Source: a virus. From it: DNA of 37,747 bases. The notes beneath the pieces were generated by a model. It was not told the DNA's origin. It ran no database searches and saw only the letters and a list, made by a program, of their open reading frames with translations. The stretch lies in the IMG/VR virus record IMGVR_UViG_3300025093_001713, positions 1 to 37,747 of that record, one strand, 5' to 3'. How positions within the stretch are numbered: position 1 is the stretch's first letter; every line of letters begins with the position of its first letter. A program made the translations under genes and the position numbers. Below are positions 8,895-17,201 of the stretch, one piece after another.

Positions 8895-9378
8895 TGTGAT
8901 CGAGGCCGACTGGGCCGCGTGCGCCGCCCAGGTCGACATGACACACGAATGCCAACAGAAACTGAAGGCCGACAATGAACAAGCCAGAGTCCCTACGCCA
9001 ACACCTGGAATCAGCGATCCCCGAGCTGCGCAAGAACCCCGATCGCATGCTGGTATTCATCGACAATGGCACGCTGCGGGCCACGGCAGCGCCGGGCCTG
9101 TCATTCGAGTACGCCTACACGCTCAATCTGATCTTCACCGACTTCGCAGGCCACCCGGACTCCATAGCGGTGCCGCTGTTTGCTTGGCTGCTGGTGAATC
9201 AGAACGAGCTGATGTCCAACCTCGATCGCGCCAAGGATTCAGTCAAGTTCGAAGCCGACATACTCGACAACAAGAAAGTGGATCTGTCGTTCACCTTGCC
9301 GCTTACCGAGCGCGTGATCGTCAAAAAGCAGGGCGATGGGCAGCTGCTGATCACCCACCCACCAGAGCCGCAGCCTGA
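8713..9378 (+). CDS. o-spanin (Rz1 / LysC-like lipoprotein); 3' end uncertain
   Basis: The start is embedded in the +1 frame of the i-spanin gene. It has a signal peptide with lipobox LLVGC (Cys21) and conserved Cys residues up to ...THECQQKL. The frame has no stop until 9378, deep inside gpR, so the true C-terminus is unclear. Confidence 0.6.
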   Translation: MKIRNYGIGLMCLCLLLLVGCGSAPPLPAPLVMKVGCPEVVPCTLSATAPTRNGNLLKDADVIEADWAACAAQVDMTHECQQKLKADNEQARVPTPTPGISDPRAAQEPRSHAGIHRQWHAAGHGSAGPVIRVRLHAQSDLHRLRRPPGLHSGAAVCLAAGESERADVQPRSRQGFSQVRSRHTRQQESGSVVHLAAYRARDRQKAGRWAAADHPPTRAAA

Positions 9379-9460
9379 CGAGCCCTATGAAGCAACCGAC
9401 TGGCAGCTCGAAGACGGTGCCGGCAACGTGCTCGCCAATTGGACGAGCCCCGCGCCGTGA
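8975..9460 (+). CDS. R: Tail completion protein R (P2 gpR-like)
   Basis: 161 aa (P2 gpR is about 155 aa) in the position between the lysis genes and S. LRQHLE...NPD...VFIDNG is a gpR-type N-terminus. Confidence 0.8.
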   Translation: MNKPESLRQHLESAIPELRKNPDRMLVFIDNGTLRATAAPGLSFEYAYTLNLIFTDFAGHPDSIAVPLFAWLLVNQNELMSNLDRAKDSVKFEADILDNKKVDLSFTLPLTERVIVKKQGDGQLLITHPPEPQPDEPYEATDWQLEDGAGNVLANWTSPAP

Positions 9461-9918
9461 CCGCTGACCTGGAAGCACTTGAAGACTGGGCCGGCGGACT
9501 GCTGGCCAAGTTGGAGCCCGGCGAGCGGCGCCGGCTCAACCAGTCGATCGCCCGCAAGCTGCGCAAAAGCCAGCAACAGCGCATTACCGCCCAGCGCAAC
9601 CCCGATGGCACTCCCTTCGCCCCACGTAAAGAGCGGGATCTGCGCGCAAAAAAGGGTAGGGTAAAGCGCAAGATGTTTACCGCCCTCAAAACCGCCAAGT
9701 ACCTCAAGCTGCAAACCGACGCCAACACCATCGGCCTGGCCTTCCTCGGCCGCACCGCACGGCTGGCCCGCGTGCACCAGTACGGCCTGCGCGACCGCCC
9801 CGGCCAAAACTCCCCCCGAGTAAAGTACGAACAGCGCGAGCTGCTCGGTCTCACCAGTGCGGATCTGGACATGATCCGCGACGACCTGCTCGCGCACCTG
9901 GCCGATCGCGGCCTGTAA
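9457..9918 (+). CDS. S: Tail completion / virion morphogenesis protein S (P2 gpS-like)
   Basis: IARKLRKSQQQRITAQRNPDGTPFAPRK is the hallmark gpS motif. I prefer the GTG at 9457, which overlaps the gpR stop (GTGA). The track TTG at 9439 is the alternative. Confidence 0.85.
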   Translation: MTADLEALEDWAGGLLAKLEPGERRRLNQSIARKLRKSQQQRITAQRNPDGTPFAPRKERDLRAKKGRVKRKMFTALKTAKYLKLQTDANTIGLAFLGRTARLARVHQYGLRDRPGQNSPRVKYEQRELLGLTSADLDMIRDDLLAHLADRGL

Positions 9919-9932
9919 AACCCACCCCTACA
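9914..9932. promoter_or_regulatory. Candidate Ogr-type late-promoter site upstream of V
   Basis: TGTAAAACCCACCCCTACA (TGT-N13-ACA) overlaps the S stop codon, in the only intergenic gap before the baseplate operon. Confidence 0.5.
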
Positions 9933-9978
9933 ACGCCAGCAACTGCCAAATCTCGCGCCCCCGCGTGAGCATAGCGGC

Positions 9979-10521
9979 ATGAACCCAATCGCCGAACTCC
10001 GCCGCCGCCTCGACAACATGATCCGCCCGGGCACCATCTACGCCCTGGACGCGGACAGCAAGCGCTGCCGGGTGAAATCCGGCGAGCTGCTCACCGATTG
10101 GCTGCGCTATTTCGTCGACCGCGCCGGCAGCGTGCGCAGAAACAGCGACCCAACCCTCAACGAGCAGTGCGTCGTCTTCAGCCCCAGCGGCGAGATGGGC
10201 GCCGGCTTTGTGCTGGTCGGCCTCAACAGCGACGAATTCCCGGGGCCCAGCGCCAACCCGGATCTGGACAGCACCACCTATGCCGACGGCACATGTTTCG
10301 GGTATGACCAGGGCAGCGGCGACTACACCGTCATGATGACGGCAGAAGGCCAGATCAACATCAGCGCCCCGGGCGGAATCAACATCACCGGCCCCGTCAA
10401 TATCACCGGCCTGGTCACAGTCACTGACGACGTGGTCGCCGACGGCATCAGCCTGGTCAATCACAAGCACGGGATCACCGGCGGCAGCTCAGCCCCCGGA
10501 CCCACGGACGTGCCCCAATGA
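9979..10521 (+). CDS. V: Baseplate central spike protein V (P2 gpV-like)
   Basis: The N-terminus L..LDNMIRPGTI...RCRVKSGELLTDWL parallels P2 gpV. The C-terminus has the HKH-containing spike tip (LVNHKHGITGG). Confidence 0.9.
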   Translation: MNPIAELRRRLDNMIRPGTIYALDADSKRCRVKSGELLTDWLRYFVDRAGSVRRNSDPTLNEQCVVFSPSGEMGAGFVLVGLNSDEFPGPSANPDLDSTTYADGTCFGYDQGSGDYTVMMTAEGQINISAPGGINITGPVNITGLVTVTDDVVADGISLVNHKHGITGGSSAPGPTDVPQ

Positions 10522-10868
10522 ACGGCATGGACCGCAACACCGGCAAGCCGCTCGACGGCTTGGGCCACCTGCGCCAGTCCATAGGCGACATCCTCACCAC
10601 CCCGATCGGCTCCCGCGTCATGCGCCGCGACTACGGATCCCTGCTGCCCGAGCTGATCGACCAGCCCCAGAACGCCGCTACCACCCTGCGCCTGTACGCC
10701 GCCACCTGCAGCGCCCTGATGACATGGGAGCCACGCCTGCGCCTCTCGCGCATCAGCCTGCAGCGCAACGCCAACGGGTCCGCGACCATGGATCTGGAAG
10801 GTGAGCATGCAGACACGGGCAACCGCGTAGAGCTGCAGGTGCCGCTGCAACTGGGGGCTGTCACATGA
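10518..10868 (+). CDS. W: Baseplate wedge protein W (gp25/GPW family)
   Basis: 116 aa. LRQSIGDILTTPIGSRVMRRDYGS..LID is the GPW_gp25 signature. The start is coupled to the V stop. Confidence 0.9.
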   Translation: MNGMDRNTGKPLDGLGHLRQSIGDILTTPIGSRVMRRDYGSLLPELIDQPQNAATTLRLYAATCSALMTWEPRLRLSRISLQRNANGSATMDLEGEHADTGNRVELQVPLQLGAVT

Positions 10869-11764
10869 GCAGCTTCACCGCCGTCGACCTCAGCCAACTG
10901 CCACCGCCCACGGTGGTCGAGCCGCTGGACTACGAAACCATCCTCGCCCGCAAGCTCGCCCAGCTGATCGCGCTGGATCCGGCGTTCGATGCCCTGGTCG
11001 AATCCGACCCCGCCTACAAAGTACTGCAGGTTTCGGCATACGATGAGCTGCATCTGCGCCAACGGGTGAACGAAGCCGCCCGGGCGGTCATGCTGGCCTA
11101 TGCCGTGAATGCGGATCTCGACCAGCTCGCCGCCAACTTCAACGTGCAGCGCCTGCTCATCACCCCGGCCAACCCGCAGGCAGTGCCGCCGGTACCGGCC
11201 GTGTATGAGTCAGACGAGGCCCTGCGCCGGCGCGTGCAGCTCAGCTTCGAGGCCTTCACCACCGCCGGCAGCCAGGGCAGCTACATATTTGCCGCGCTTG
11301 GTGCCAGCGGCCTGGTGCGTGATGCCAATGCCAGCAGCCCCGAACCCGGTCTGGTCTCGGTGTTTGTGCTGTCCCAGGCTGGCAACGGCACCGCATCCGA
11401 GCAGCTGCTCGATGCCGTCACCGCCGCAGTCAATGAAAAGAGCGTGCGCCCGATGACAGATCAGGTCAGCGTGCTTTCTGCCTCGGTGAATGAGTACGTC
11501 ATCACCGCCGAGCTCACCGTGTACCCCGGCCCAGATGCAGAAGTGGTCCGCGCTGCAGCCTACGCCAGCGCCCAGGCCTATGTGGCATCCATGCACCGCA
11601 TGGCCTACGACGTCGCCGTCTCCGGTGTGCATGCTGCCTTGCACATAGCGGGTGTGCAGTCAGTGGATCTGCAGGCACCCCTGGCCAACATCGTCAACGG
11701 CGAGGGCGAGGCATCCTATTGCACCGCCATCAATCTGACGCTCGCAGGTCAGCCCGATGTCTAG
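10865..11764 (+). CDS. J: Baseplate protein J (P2 gpJ-like)
   Basis: 299 aa in the W-J-I order with overlapping stop/start codons. The N-terminus has a baseplate_J-like pattern (LPPP.VVE.LDYE.IL). Confidence 0.9.
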   Translation: MSSFTAVDLSQLPPPTVVEPLDYETILARKLAQLIALDPAFDALVESDPAYKVLQVSAYDELHLRQRVNEAARAVMLAYAVNADLDQLAANFNVQRLLITPANPQAVPPVPAVYESDEALRRRVQLSFEAFTTAGSQGSYIFAALGASGLVRDANASSPEPGLVSVFVLSQAGNGTASEQLLDAVTAAVNEKSVRPMTDQVSVLSASVNEYVITAELTVYPGPDAEVVRAAAYASAQAYVASMHRMAYDVAVSGVHAALHIAGVQSVDLQAPLANIVNGEGEASYCTAINLTLAGQPDV

Positions 11765-12389
11765 CTACACCCCCCTGCCGCCCAACGCTACACCGGCTGA
11801 GCGCAACCTCGCCCTGGTGGCCGGCCACGTAAATGACGTGCCCGTCATCGTGCGTGAAGTCTGGAATGCCGACACCAGCCCCGCCGATCTGCTGCCCTGG
11901 CTGGCCCGCGCTGTGTCGATCGACGTATGGGATCCGGAGTGGACAACCGAGCAGAAGCGCGCCGCGATCAAGGCCTCGCTCGGCGTACATCGCAAGAAAG
12001 GCACCATCGGCGCCGTACTCGACGCCCTGGGCGCGCTCGGCTTCACCGCCAAGGTGCAGGAGTGGTTCAACCAGATTCCCCAGGCCGATCCCTACACCTA
12101 CCGGCTGATCATCGAAGTGGATCAGGTGGGTTACGACCTCGAAGACGTCGCGCTGCTGCTGGAAGTGGTCGGCAGCGCGAAGAACCTGCGCTCACACCTC
12201 ACCGAGATCGCGCCGATCATTCGCAGCCAGGTCGGGCCGGTGCTCGCCTCGGCAGTGATGGTGGGTACCGAGCTGCGCCTTGAGCCAAGCAACGCGCAAG
12301 AAGTTGCAGTACTGAACGACTTCTACGCCGCCGAAGCCCTGCTCGACACCATCGTTAACGTCAACTTGGCCCAGCATTTAGGAGAGTAA
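11757..12389 (+). CDS. I: Tail protein I (P2 gpI-like)
   Basis: 210 aa. LLPWLA.AVSID.WD..W....KR..I......HR.KGT is the gpI signature. Confidence 0.9.
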   Translation: MSSYTPLPPNATPAERNLALVAGHVNDVPVIVREVWNADTSPADLLPWLARAVSIDVWDPEWTTEQKRAAIKASLGVHRKKGTIGAVLDALGALGFTAKVQEWFNQIPQADPYTYRLIIEVDQVGYDLEDVALLLEVVGSAKNLRSHLTEIAPIIRSQVGPVLASAVMVGTELRLEPSNAQEVAVLNDFYAAEALLDTIVNVNLAQHLGE

Positions 12390-12393
12390 GACC

Positions 12394-14217
12394 ATGGCAG
12401 ATCTGCCCTTGGACGAAGCGGTACAACGTTTTCTCAGTAATGAAAAGCGGGTGAATATTTTTATAAACTCACCATCAGGTGAGGAATCGTTTCAGACTAG
12501 CGAGGGCCAAACGATAGCTGTTCTACAGAAAATCGTAGAAGCTGCATTGCTATCAAATGGCATTTACCCGGATGTAGCAAGCGGAGTAGCCGCTCTTGCA
12601 GATGAGGAATATTTCAGTGTCCCCAGCTCCTCAGACGATGGATACCTCGATCTATTTCGACGATTCGGAACTACTGCTAATTATGTAAAAACCTACCCGT
12701 CACTAGAAGGCGCCTCTAATCCTGTAGCTTTTACCTATGGAGAGTCTTCACCAAGAGAAACGGGTGGAAAAGTAATAGCAGACTTAGAGCTTGATGACTT
12801 AGAAGTGTTGGTAGGAGGGCAAAATATAAGGATGCTCGATGCGGCCGGCAAAGTTTTCTTGGAATTAACGAGAGAGGCGGTAAAACTAAACAACCTCTCT
12901 ATTAAAAGCCTTCTCCAGGCTGCTGATATAGAAACTGATAGAATAGAAGGGCCCGATTGGTTTGATTTTCAATCATCGAATGTATCGGTTAGCTTAAAGC
13001 CGGGACGTAAAGCAGCGCTGGTTTTCGAGTCGCAAGGCGTGGAACTCCTGACTTTCGACACCGAAAATAATGTTGTGCATATTCTCGGCAATTCATCCAA
13101 TCCAAATCAAGAGGATGTCGAACCCGTTCCCGATCCACTTTATGTAGAGTCCGGTCCGTCATTGTACTTTGATACGACAGACCCGATTTTCACTGAGCGA
13201 GTTTTTCAGGGCATCCCATCTATCGCGCGGACTGGAAGCAGACTGTGGTGTTGCTGGTACGGCGATGATGACTTAAGCACTTCTGGTTTTGGTGAAGGTC
13301 CTGGTAACTTTGCAATCCTGGGCTATTCAGATGATAGCGGCGCTACTTGGGCTGAGCACGGATATATCAAGTTTCTGGATGACCCCGCGAAACGAGTGTT
13401 TGATATTCAGGCCTGGACTGATCCTGACGGCAAGTTGTGGGTTTTCTTTGCTGTGTGCGGCGGCAACTCTTTAATGGACGGTGTAGAAGGGGCCTGGGCT
13501 GTCAGTTGCAAGAATCCAGAGGGGGAAATTCCGAACTGGTCAACTCCATGGCGTCTGTCGTATTACGGCGTACCGATGCAGCCTGTAGTAATAAACGAGC
13601 AAGTTTATGTCCCGATTGACTATTGGGGCGGAAACGTCAGGCCCGGGGTTGTTGCGCAACGCCCTGATCTTGTCGGCAAGAGACTGTTCCGGCTCGATTA
13701 TCGTAATCGCAAAGCCGAGTACCACTCTACGTTGCCAGCCAACATTGCGGGCAACTCGTTTGACGAAACCAACTTAACACAGCTATTTGACGGGCGCTGG
13801 CTTGCCGCATACCGGACTACTGGGCCGACTGAGTATTCAATATCAGAAGACGACGGCAAAACCTGGACGGCGTCGCAGGTGTGGGCCGCCCTTGGCGACA
13901 ACCCTTCTTCGAGAGTATTTGTGGCAGCGACTCCAAGCGGCCGGCTTCTGGTTTGCTATAACGCGAGCGCCGTTAGAGATAAGTTGACTGTGGCGATATC
14001 GGAGGACGGCGGTGATAGTTTTCCATTCTCTGTATTAATTGATGCGAGAGGTTCAACGTCTTATCCGGGGGTAACCTTTGGTGAAAATGGAGAGATATAC
14101 GTAACTTACGATTACAACCGAACTTCGGATAAGATCGTCTACTGCGCGGTTGTTAACGAACCGGAAATTATCGCTGGGACTTCTGTTCCTCAACTCAACA
14201 TAGTGAGTGATAAGTAA
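12394..14217 (+). CDS. Tailspike-like protein with a BNR/Asp-box (sialidase-fold) beta-propeller domain; candidate depolymerase or receptor-binding protein
   Basis: 607 aa in an AT-rich insert between I and H. It has three Asp-box motifs (SDDSGATW, SEDDGKTW, SEDGGDSF) and a sialidase-like first-blade motif FQGIPSIARTGSRLW in which the Arg of the canonical RIP is replaced by Gly. GGAGAG RBS. Confidence 0.7.
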   Translation: MADLPLDEAVQRFLSNEKRVNIFINSPSGEESFQTSEGQTIAVLQKIVEAALLSNGIYPDVASGVAALADEEYFSVPSSSDDGYLDLFRRFGTTANYVKTYPSLEGASNPVAFTYGESSPRETGGKVIADLELDDLEVLVGGQNIRMLDAAGKVFLELTREAVKLNNLSIKSLLQAADIETDRIEGPDWFDFQSSNVSVSLKPGRKAALVFESQGVELLTFDTENNVVHILGNSSNPNQEDVEPVPDPLYVESGPSLYFDTTDPIFTERVFQGIPSIARTGSRLWCCWYGDDDLSTSGFGEGPGNFAILGYSDDSGATWAEHGYIKFLDDPAKRVFDIQAWTDPDGKLWVFFAVCGGNSLMDGVEGAWAVSCKNPEGEIPNWSTPWRLSYYGVPMQPVVINEQVYVPIDYWGGNVRPGVVAQRPDLVGKRLFRLDYRNRKAEYHSTLPANIAGNSFDETNLTQLFDGRWLAAYRTTGPTEYSISEDDGKTWTASQVWAALGDNPSSRVFVAATPSGRLLVCYNASAVRDKLTVAISEDGGDSFPFSVLIDARGSTSYPGVTFGENGEIYVTYDYNRTSDKIVYCAVVNEPEIIAGTSVPQLNIVSDK

Positions 14218-15344
14218 TGAAGATATCTGGATTTTCCTGGCCTCGAGTAACTAACTGGGCGCCATACCGTGCGGCATTGGGTGATTCAGTCGAAAGTCAG
14301 CCAGCGGGCGGTACGGTATCCTACTCGGAGCTTGTGGACGTTTCTGCGCTTCCCGCCACCTCGGCGGGGCTCCGCTGGCGCGGTGGGCTCAATCTTAAAG
14401 ACGGCAAGGTCTTGATGCTCCCGGCCCATAGCGATGTGGGTAACTTCTACGTCTTCAACCCGTCGAACAATCAGCTAACTGTAGACTCTAATATAGGCGC
14501 ATGGGGCGGCCCTGGTGAATTCTGGGGCGGCGCTTTGTTGAATGACGGGCGTGCAGTTATCGCGCCATTCACCCACCCGGACATTAAAATATACGACCCG
14601 GTATCGAAAATTATGTCCTCGGTATCTACCGGCGCCGGGGCAGGCGGCAACAAATTCCAGGGAGCTGTGACGCTTCTGGATGGCCGAGTCTTGTTCGCCC
14701 CCTACGACTTCTCTAGCGTGAGCTGGTTGACTGCTGATGGCACTGCTTTTGTCACTGGGCCTGCTCACGGCAGAGGGTTAAAGGCGTTCTCGGGTGCTGT
14801 ACTCATGCCAAGCGGCAAGGTGCTGCTTGTTCCGCATCAGTCTACGCACTTTGGTATTTTCGACCCGTCCGACAACAGCTTCGCTTTGGGGCCAGCCCAC
14901 GGCAAGACAGTAGTAGGCCCTGCCATTTTTGGTGGCGGGCTGCTCATGCCGAACGGCAAAGTTTTCGTAATACCTGCCCGAGCCGATTCGGGCATGGTAT
15001 TCGACCCTGTAGAAGGGACCGCAGTAAATGCAGGTGCGCTTACTGCGCACACATCCGAGTGGTATTTGGGCGGCGCCATTCTGCCAGACGGTCGGGTAGC
15101 TTTAGCTCCTGGGTTTCAGCCGAACATATCAGTGTTCGATCCTGATTCTGTTCTGATTAGCCAAGGGGCTTCCATTGGGGCCCTGGCCAATCCGCCGTGG
15201 TTTACAAATGCCGTATCGATGGTTGATGGCCGAGTGCTCCTGATTCCCGCTAGGAGCGAGTTCCTCTCGGCAGTTTCCTTGGACGGTCATGAGGGTGGCC
15301 TTCCGGCAGTGGCGCTTCAAAGCGGTTATCTCAACAGGGCTTAA
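14217..15344 (+). CDS. Seven-bladed beta-propeller (Kelch-like repeat) protein, unknown function
   Basis: 375 aa. The start overlaps the upstream stop (TAATG). There are seven repeats of roughly 45-50 aa, each with the core G(G/A)xLLxDG(R/K)VLxxP...(V/I)FDP. Confidence 0.7.
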   Translation: MKISGFSWPRVTNWAPYRAALGDSVESQPAGGTVSYSELVDVSALPATSAGLRWRGGLNLKDGKVLMLPAHSDVGNFYVFNPSNNQLTVDSNIGAWGGPGEFWGGALLNDGRAVIAPFTHPDIKIYDPVSKIMSSVSTGAGAGGNKFQGAVTLLDGRVLFAPYDFSSVSWLTADGTAFVTGPAHGRGLKAFSGAVLMPSGKVLLVPHQSTHFGIFDPSDNSFALGPAHGKTVVGPAIFGGGLLMPNGKVFVIPARADSGMVFDPVEGTAVNAGALTAHTSEWYLGGAILPDGRVALAPGFQPNISVFDPDSVLISQGASIGALANPPWFTNAVSMVDGRVLLIPARSEFLSAVSLDGHEGGLPAVALQSGYLNRA

Positions 15345-15376
15345 AGAGCCCAAGACGCAAGAATCTAGGAGCGCCA

Positions 15377-16747
15377 ATGCCAACCTACAAATCCATTCAC
15401 ACCGCCCACGGCCTGCAGGCCATGGCTGCAGCCGAGGCCGCAGGCACGCCGATCAACATCACGCACATGGCCGTGGGTGATGGCAATGGCAACTTTGTGG
15501 ATCTCGCCGACGACATGACCGCCCTGGTGAATGAGCGGTTTCGCGCCACAGTGAACCGCGTCTACCAGGATCCGGAGCGCAACTCCAAATACACAGCCGA
15601 GCTGGTGATCCCGGTCAGCGTGGGCGGCTTTACGATCCGTGAGATGGGGCTGTTCGATGTGGACGGCAACCTGTTCGCCGTGGGCAACGTGCCTGCATCG
15701 GTCATGCCTGCCGAGGGTGAAGGCGCGTTCGCGGATATGATCGTTCGCTTCGAGTTCCTGGTCACCAATGCCACAGTGGTCACCCTGCAGGTGGACCCCA
15801 ACGTGTCAGTGGCCACCCAGTCGTGGATCCTCAACAACATCACCATGGCCACGCTGTTGCCGGGTGGTACCACTGGGCAGGTGGCGCGCAAGAATTCCAA
15901 TGCTGATGGCGACATCATCTGGGCGGATCCGGACCAGGTGAACGTGACCGTGGATACCATCGAAGAGAAACAGGAGCTGGTCGACGGGCAAACCGTGGTC
16001 ACCCTGGCGATCTGCACCACACGCGGGCTGGCCGTGTACGTGGACGGTGAGCGGGTACCCAATGACGAATGGACGCCGCACCCCACGGACCCGACCGAGT
16101 TCACGTTCAATACCGCGATTGTCGGCACGCATGAACTGATCTGCGCGCAGAACGAGCCCACCGGTAACGCACCCGCTCCGCTGGAGCGCAGCAAGAACCT
16201 TGCAGACGTCGAGAGCAAAGCCACGTCGCGGGACAACCTGGACGTGTTCAGCCGCGCTGAAACCCGGCAGATGTCACCCGCCGGCATGCTGGCTCACTTT
16301 GCCCGCACCAGCGCCCCCACCGGCTGGCTCAAGGCCAACGGCGCGGCCGTGGGCCGGGTAGCCTACGCGGATCTGTTCGCAGCCATTGGCACCACCTTCG
16401 GCGCCGGCGACGGCTTCAACACGTTCAACCTGCCCGACCTGCGCGGTGAGTTCATCCGCTGCTGGGACGACGGCAAGGGCGTGGATTTTGGCCGTACCCT
16501 GGGCAGCTGGCAGGGCGCTGCAGGTGGTGGGCTGGCCCAGTTCAAACTGATCCAGCAAAAGGCCGTACCGGCTGGCGGCGTAGGGCGTGGGGAGTTCCCG
16601 GTTCCGATGGACGGTAGTTTCAGCCAGTTCGTGCATACCGGTGAATACGGCGGCGATACGAACGGCTGGCTGGGCTTTGCCAATGATCCGCTGGTCACCA
16701 ACCTGCGCCCCCGCAACCGCGCCATGCTCGCCTGTATCAAATACTGA
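15377..16747 (+). CDS. H: Tail fibre protein (P2 gpH-like N-terminus, C-terminal phage tail collar domain)
   Basis: The N-terminus ...TPINITHMAVGDGNGN...RFRATVNRVYQD...TIREMGLFD matches the gpH baseplate-attachment domain. The C-terminus has PTGWLKANGAAV....YADLFAAIGTTFG.GDG.NTFNLPDLRGEF, the collar domain. Confidence 0.9.
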   Translation: MPTYKSIHTAHGLQAMAAAEAAGTPINITHMAVGDGNGNFVDLADDMTALVNERFRATVNRVYQDPERNSKYTAELVIPVSVGGFTIREMGLFDVDGNLFAVGNVPASVMPAEGEGAFADMIVRFEFLVTNATVVTLQVDPNVSVATQSWILNNITMATLLPGGTTGQVARKNSNADGDIIWADPDQVNVTVDTIEEKQELVDGQTVVTLAICTTRGLAVYVDGERVPNDEWTPHPTDPTEFTFNTAIVGTHELICAQNEPTGNAPAPLERSKNLADVESKATSRDNLDVFSRAETRQMSPAGMLAHFARTSAPTGWLKANGAAVGRVAYADLFAAIGTTFGAGDGFNTFNLPDLRGEFIRCWDDGKGVDFGRTLGSWQGAAGGGLAQFKLIQQKAVPAGGVGRGEFPVPMDGSFSQFVHTGEYGGDTNGWLGFANDPLVTNLRPRNRAMLACIKY

Positions 16748-16757
16748 GGGCCACCCC

Positions 16758-17042
16758 ATGCAAGCCTACCAACTCAACGCCGCAGGGCTGTTCCTGGGCA
16801 TCACCGAGGCGGACGAAAGCCCGCTCGAACCGGGCGTTTACCACATGCCCGCCGGCTGCATTGCCACACCCCCGCCCGAGACCTGGCCGGATGACACCTG
16901 GCCCAGGTGGAACGGCTCAGCCTGGCAGCTGGTCAACAAGCCCACCGCCCCAGCCGAGCCCAGCGCAGCGGAAAAGCTCGCTGCCTTCCTCGAAGCGAAT
17001 CCAGATGTGGCCGCGCTGGTCGACACTCCGGAGCCGGTGTAG
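16758..17042 (+). CDS. G: Tail fibre assembly chaperone (gpG/Tfa-like, short)
   Basis: 94 aa from the ATG at 16758, directly after H. It has the P.G..ATPPP......P.WNGSAWQLV pattern typical of Tfa N-domains. The upstream part of the track ORF overlaps H and is rejected. Confidence 0.7.
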   Translation: MQAYQLNAAGLFLGITEADESPLEPGVYHMPAGCIATPPPETWPDDTWPRWNGSAWQLVNKPTAPAEPSAAEKLAAFLEANPDVAALVDTPEPV

Positions 17043-17072
17043 CATCCATCTGGCTTAGGTCGAAGTAAGCAC

Positions 17073-17095
17073 CCCCGTTTCGGCGGGGTTCTTTG
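17073..17095 (+). terminator. Weak rho-independent terminator after the fibre operon
   Basis: CCCCG-tttcgg-CGGGG stem followed by TTCTTTG. Confidence 0.45.
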
Positions 17096-17103
17096 CCTGC
17101 CCC

Positions 17104-17122
17104 TGTAAACACGCCCCCCACA
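17104..17122. promoter_or_regulatory. Candidate Ogr-type late-promoter site upstream of FI
   Basis: TGTAAACACGCCCCCCACA (TGT-N13-ACA). Its centre (17113) lies 89 nt upstream of the sheath ATG (17202). It shares the TGTAAA half with the V site. Confidence 0.55.
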
Positions 17123-17201
17123 ACCCCAGCCGCTCCCAATCCCCGCGCCTACGCGACAGCATGACCCCTGACAGCAACTACCGCCCTGCAGGGAGCCAAC
17201 C

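Noticed and set aside
17043-17201. Z/fun-type cargo hotspot between the fibre-assembly gene G and sheath gene FI, a known defence-gene slot in P2-like phages
   Set aside because: This gap is only 159 nt. It contains a weak terminator and the candidate late-promoter dyad and has no ORF, so the slot is empty in this phage.
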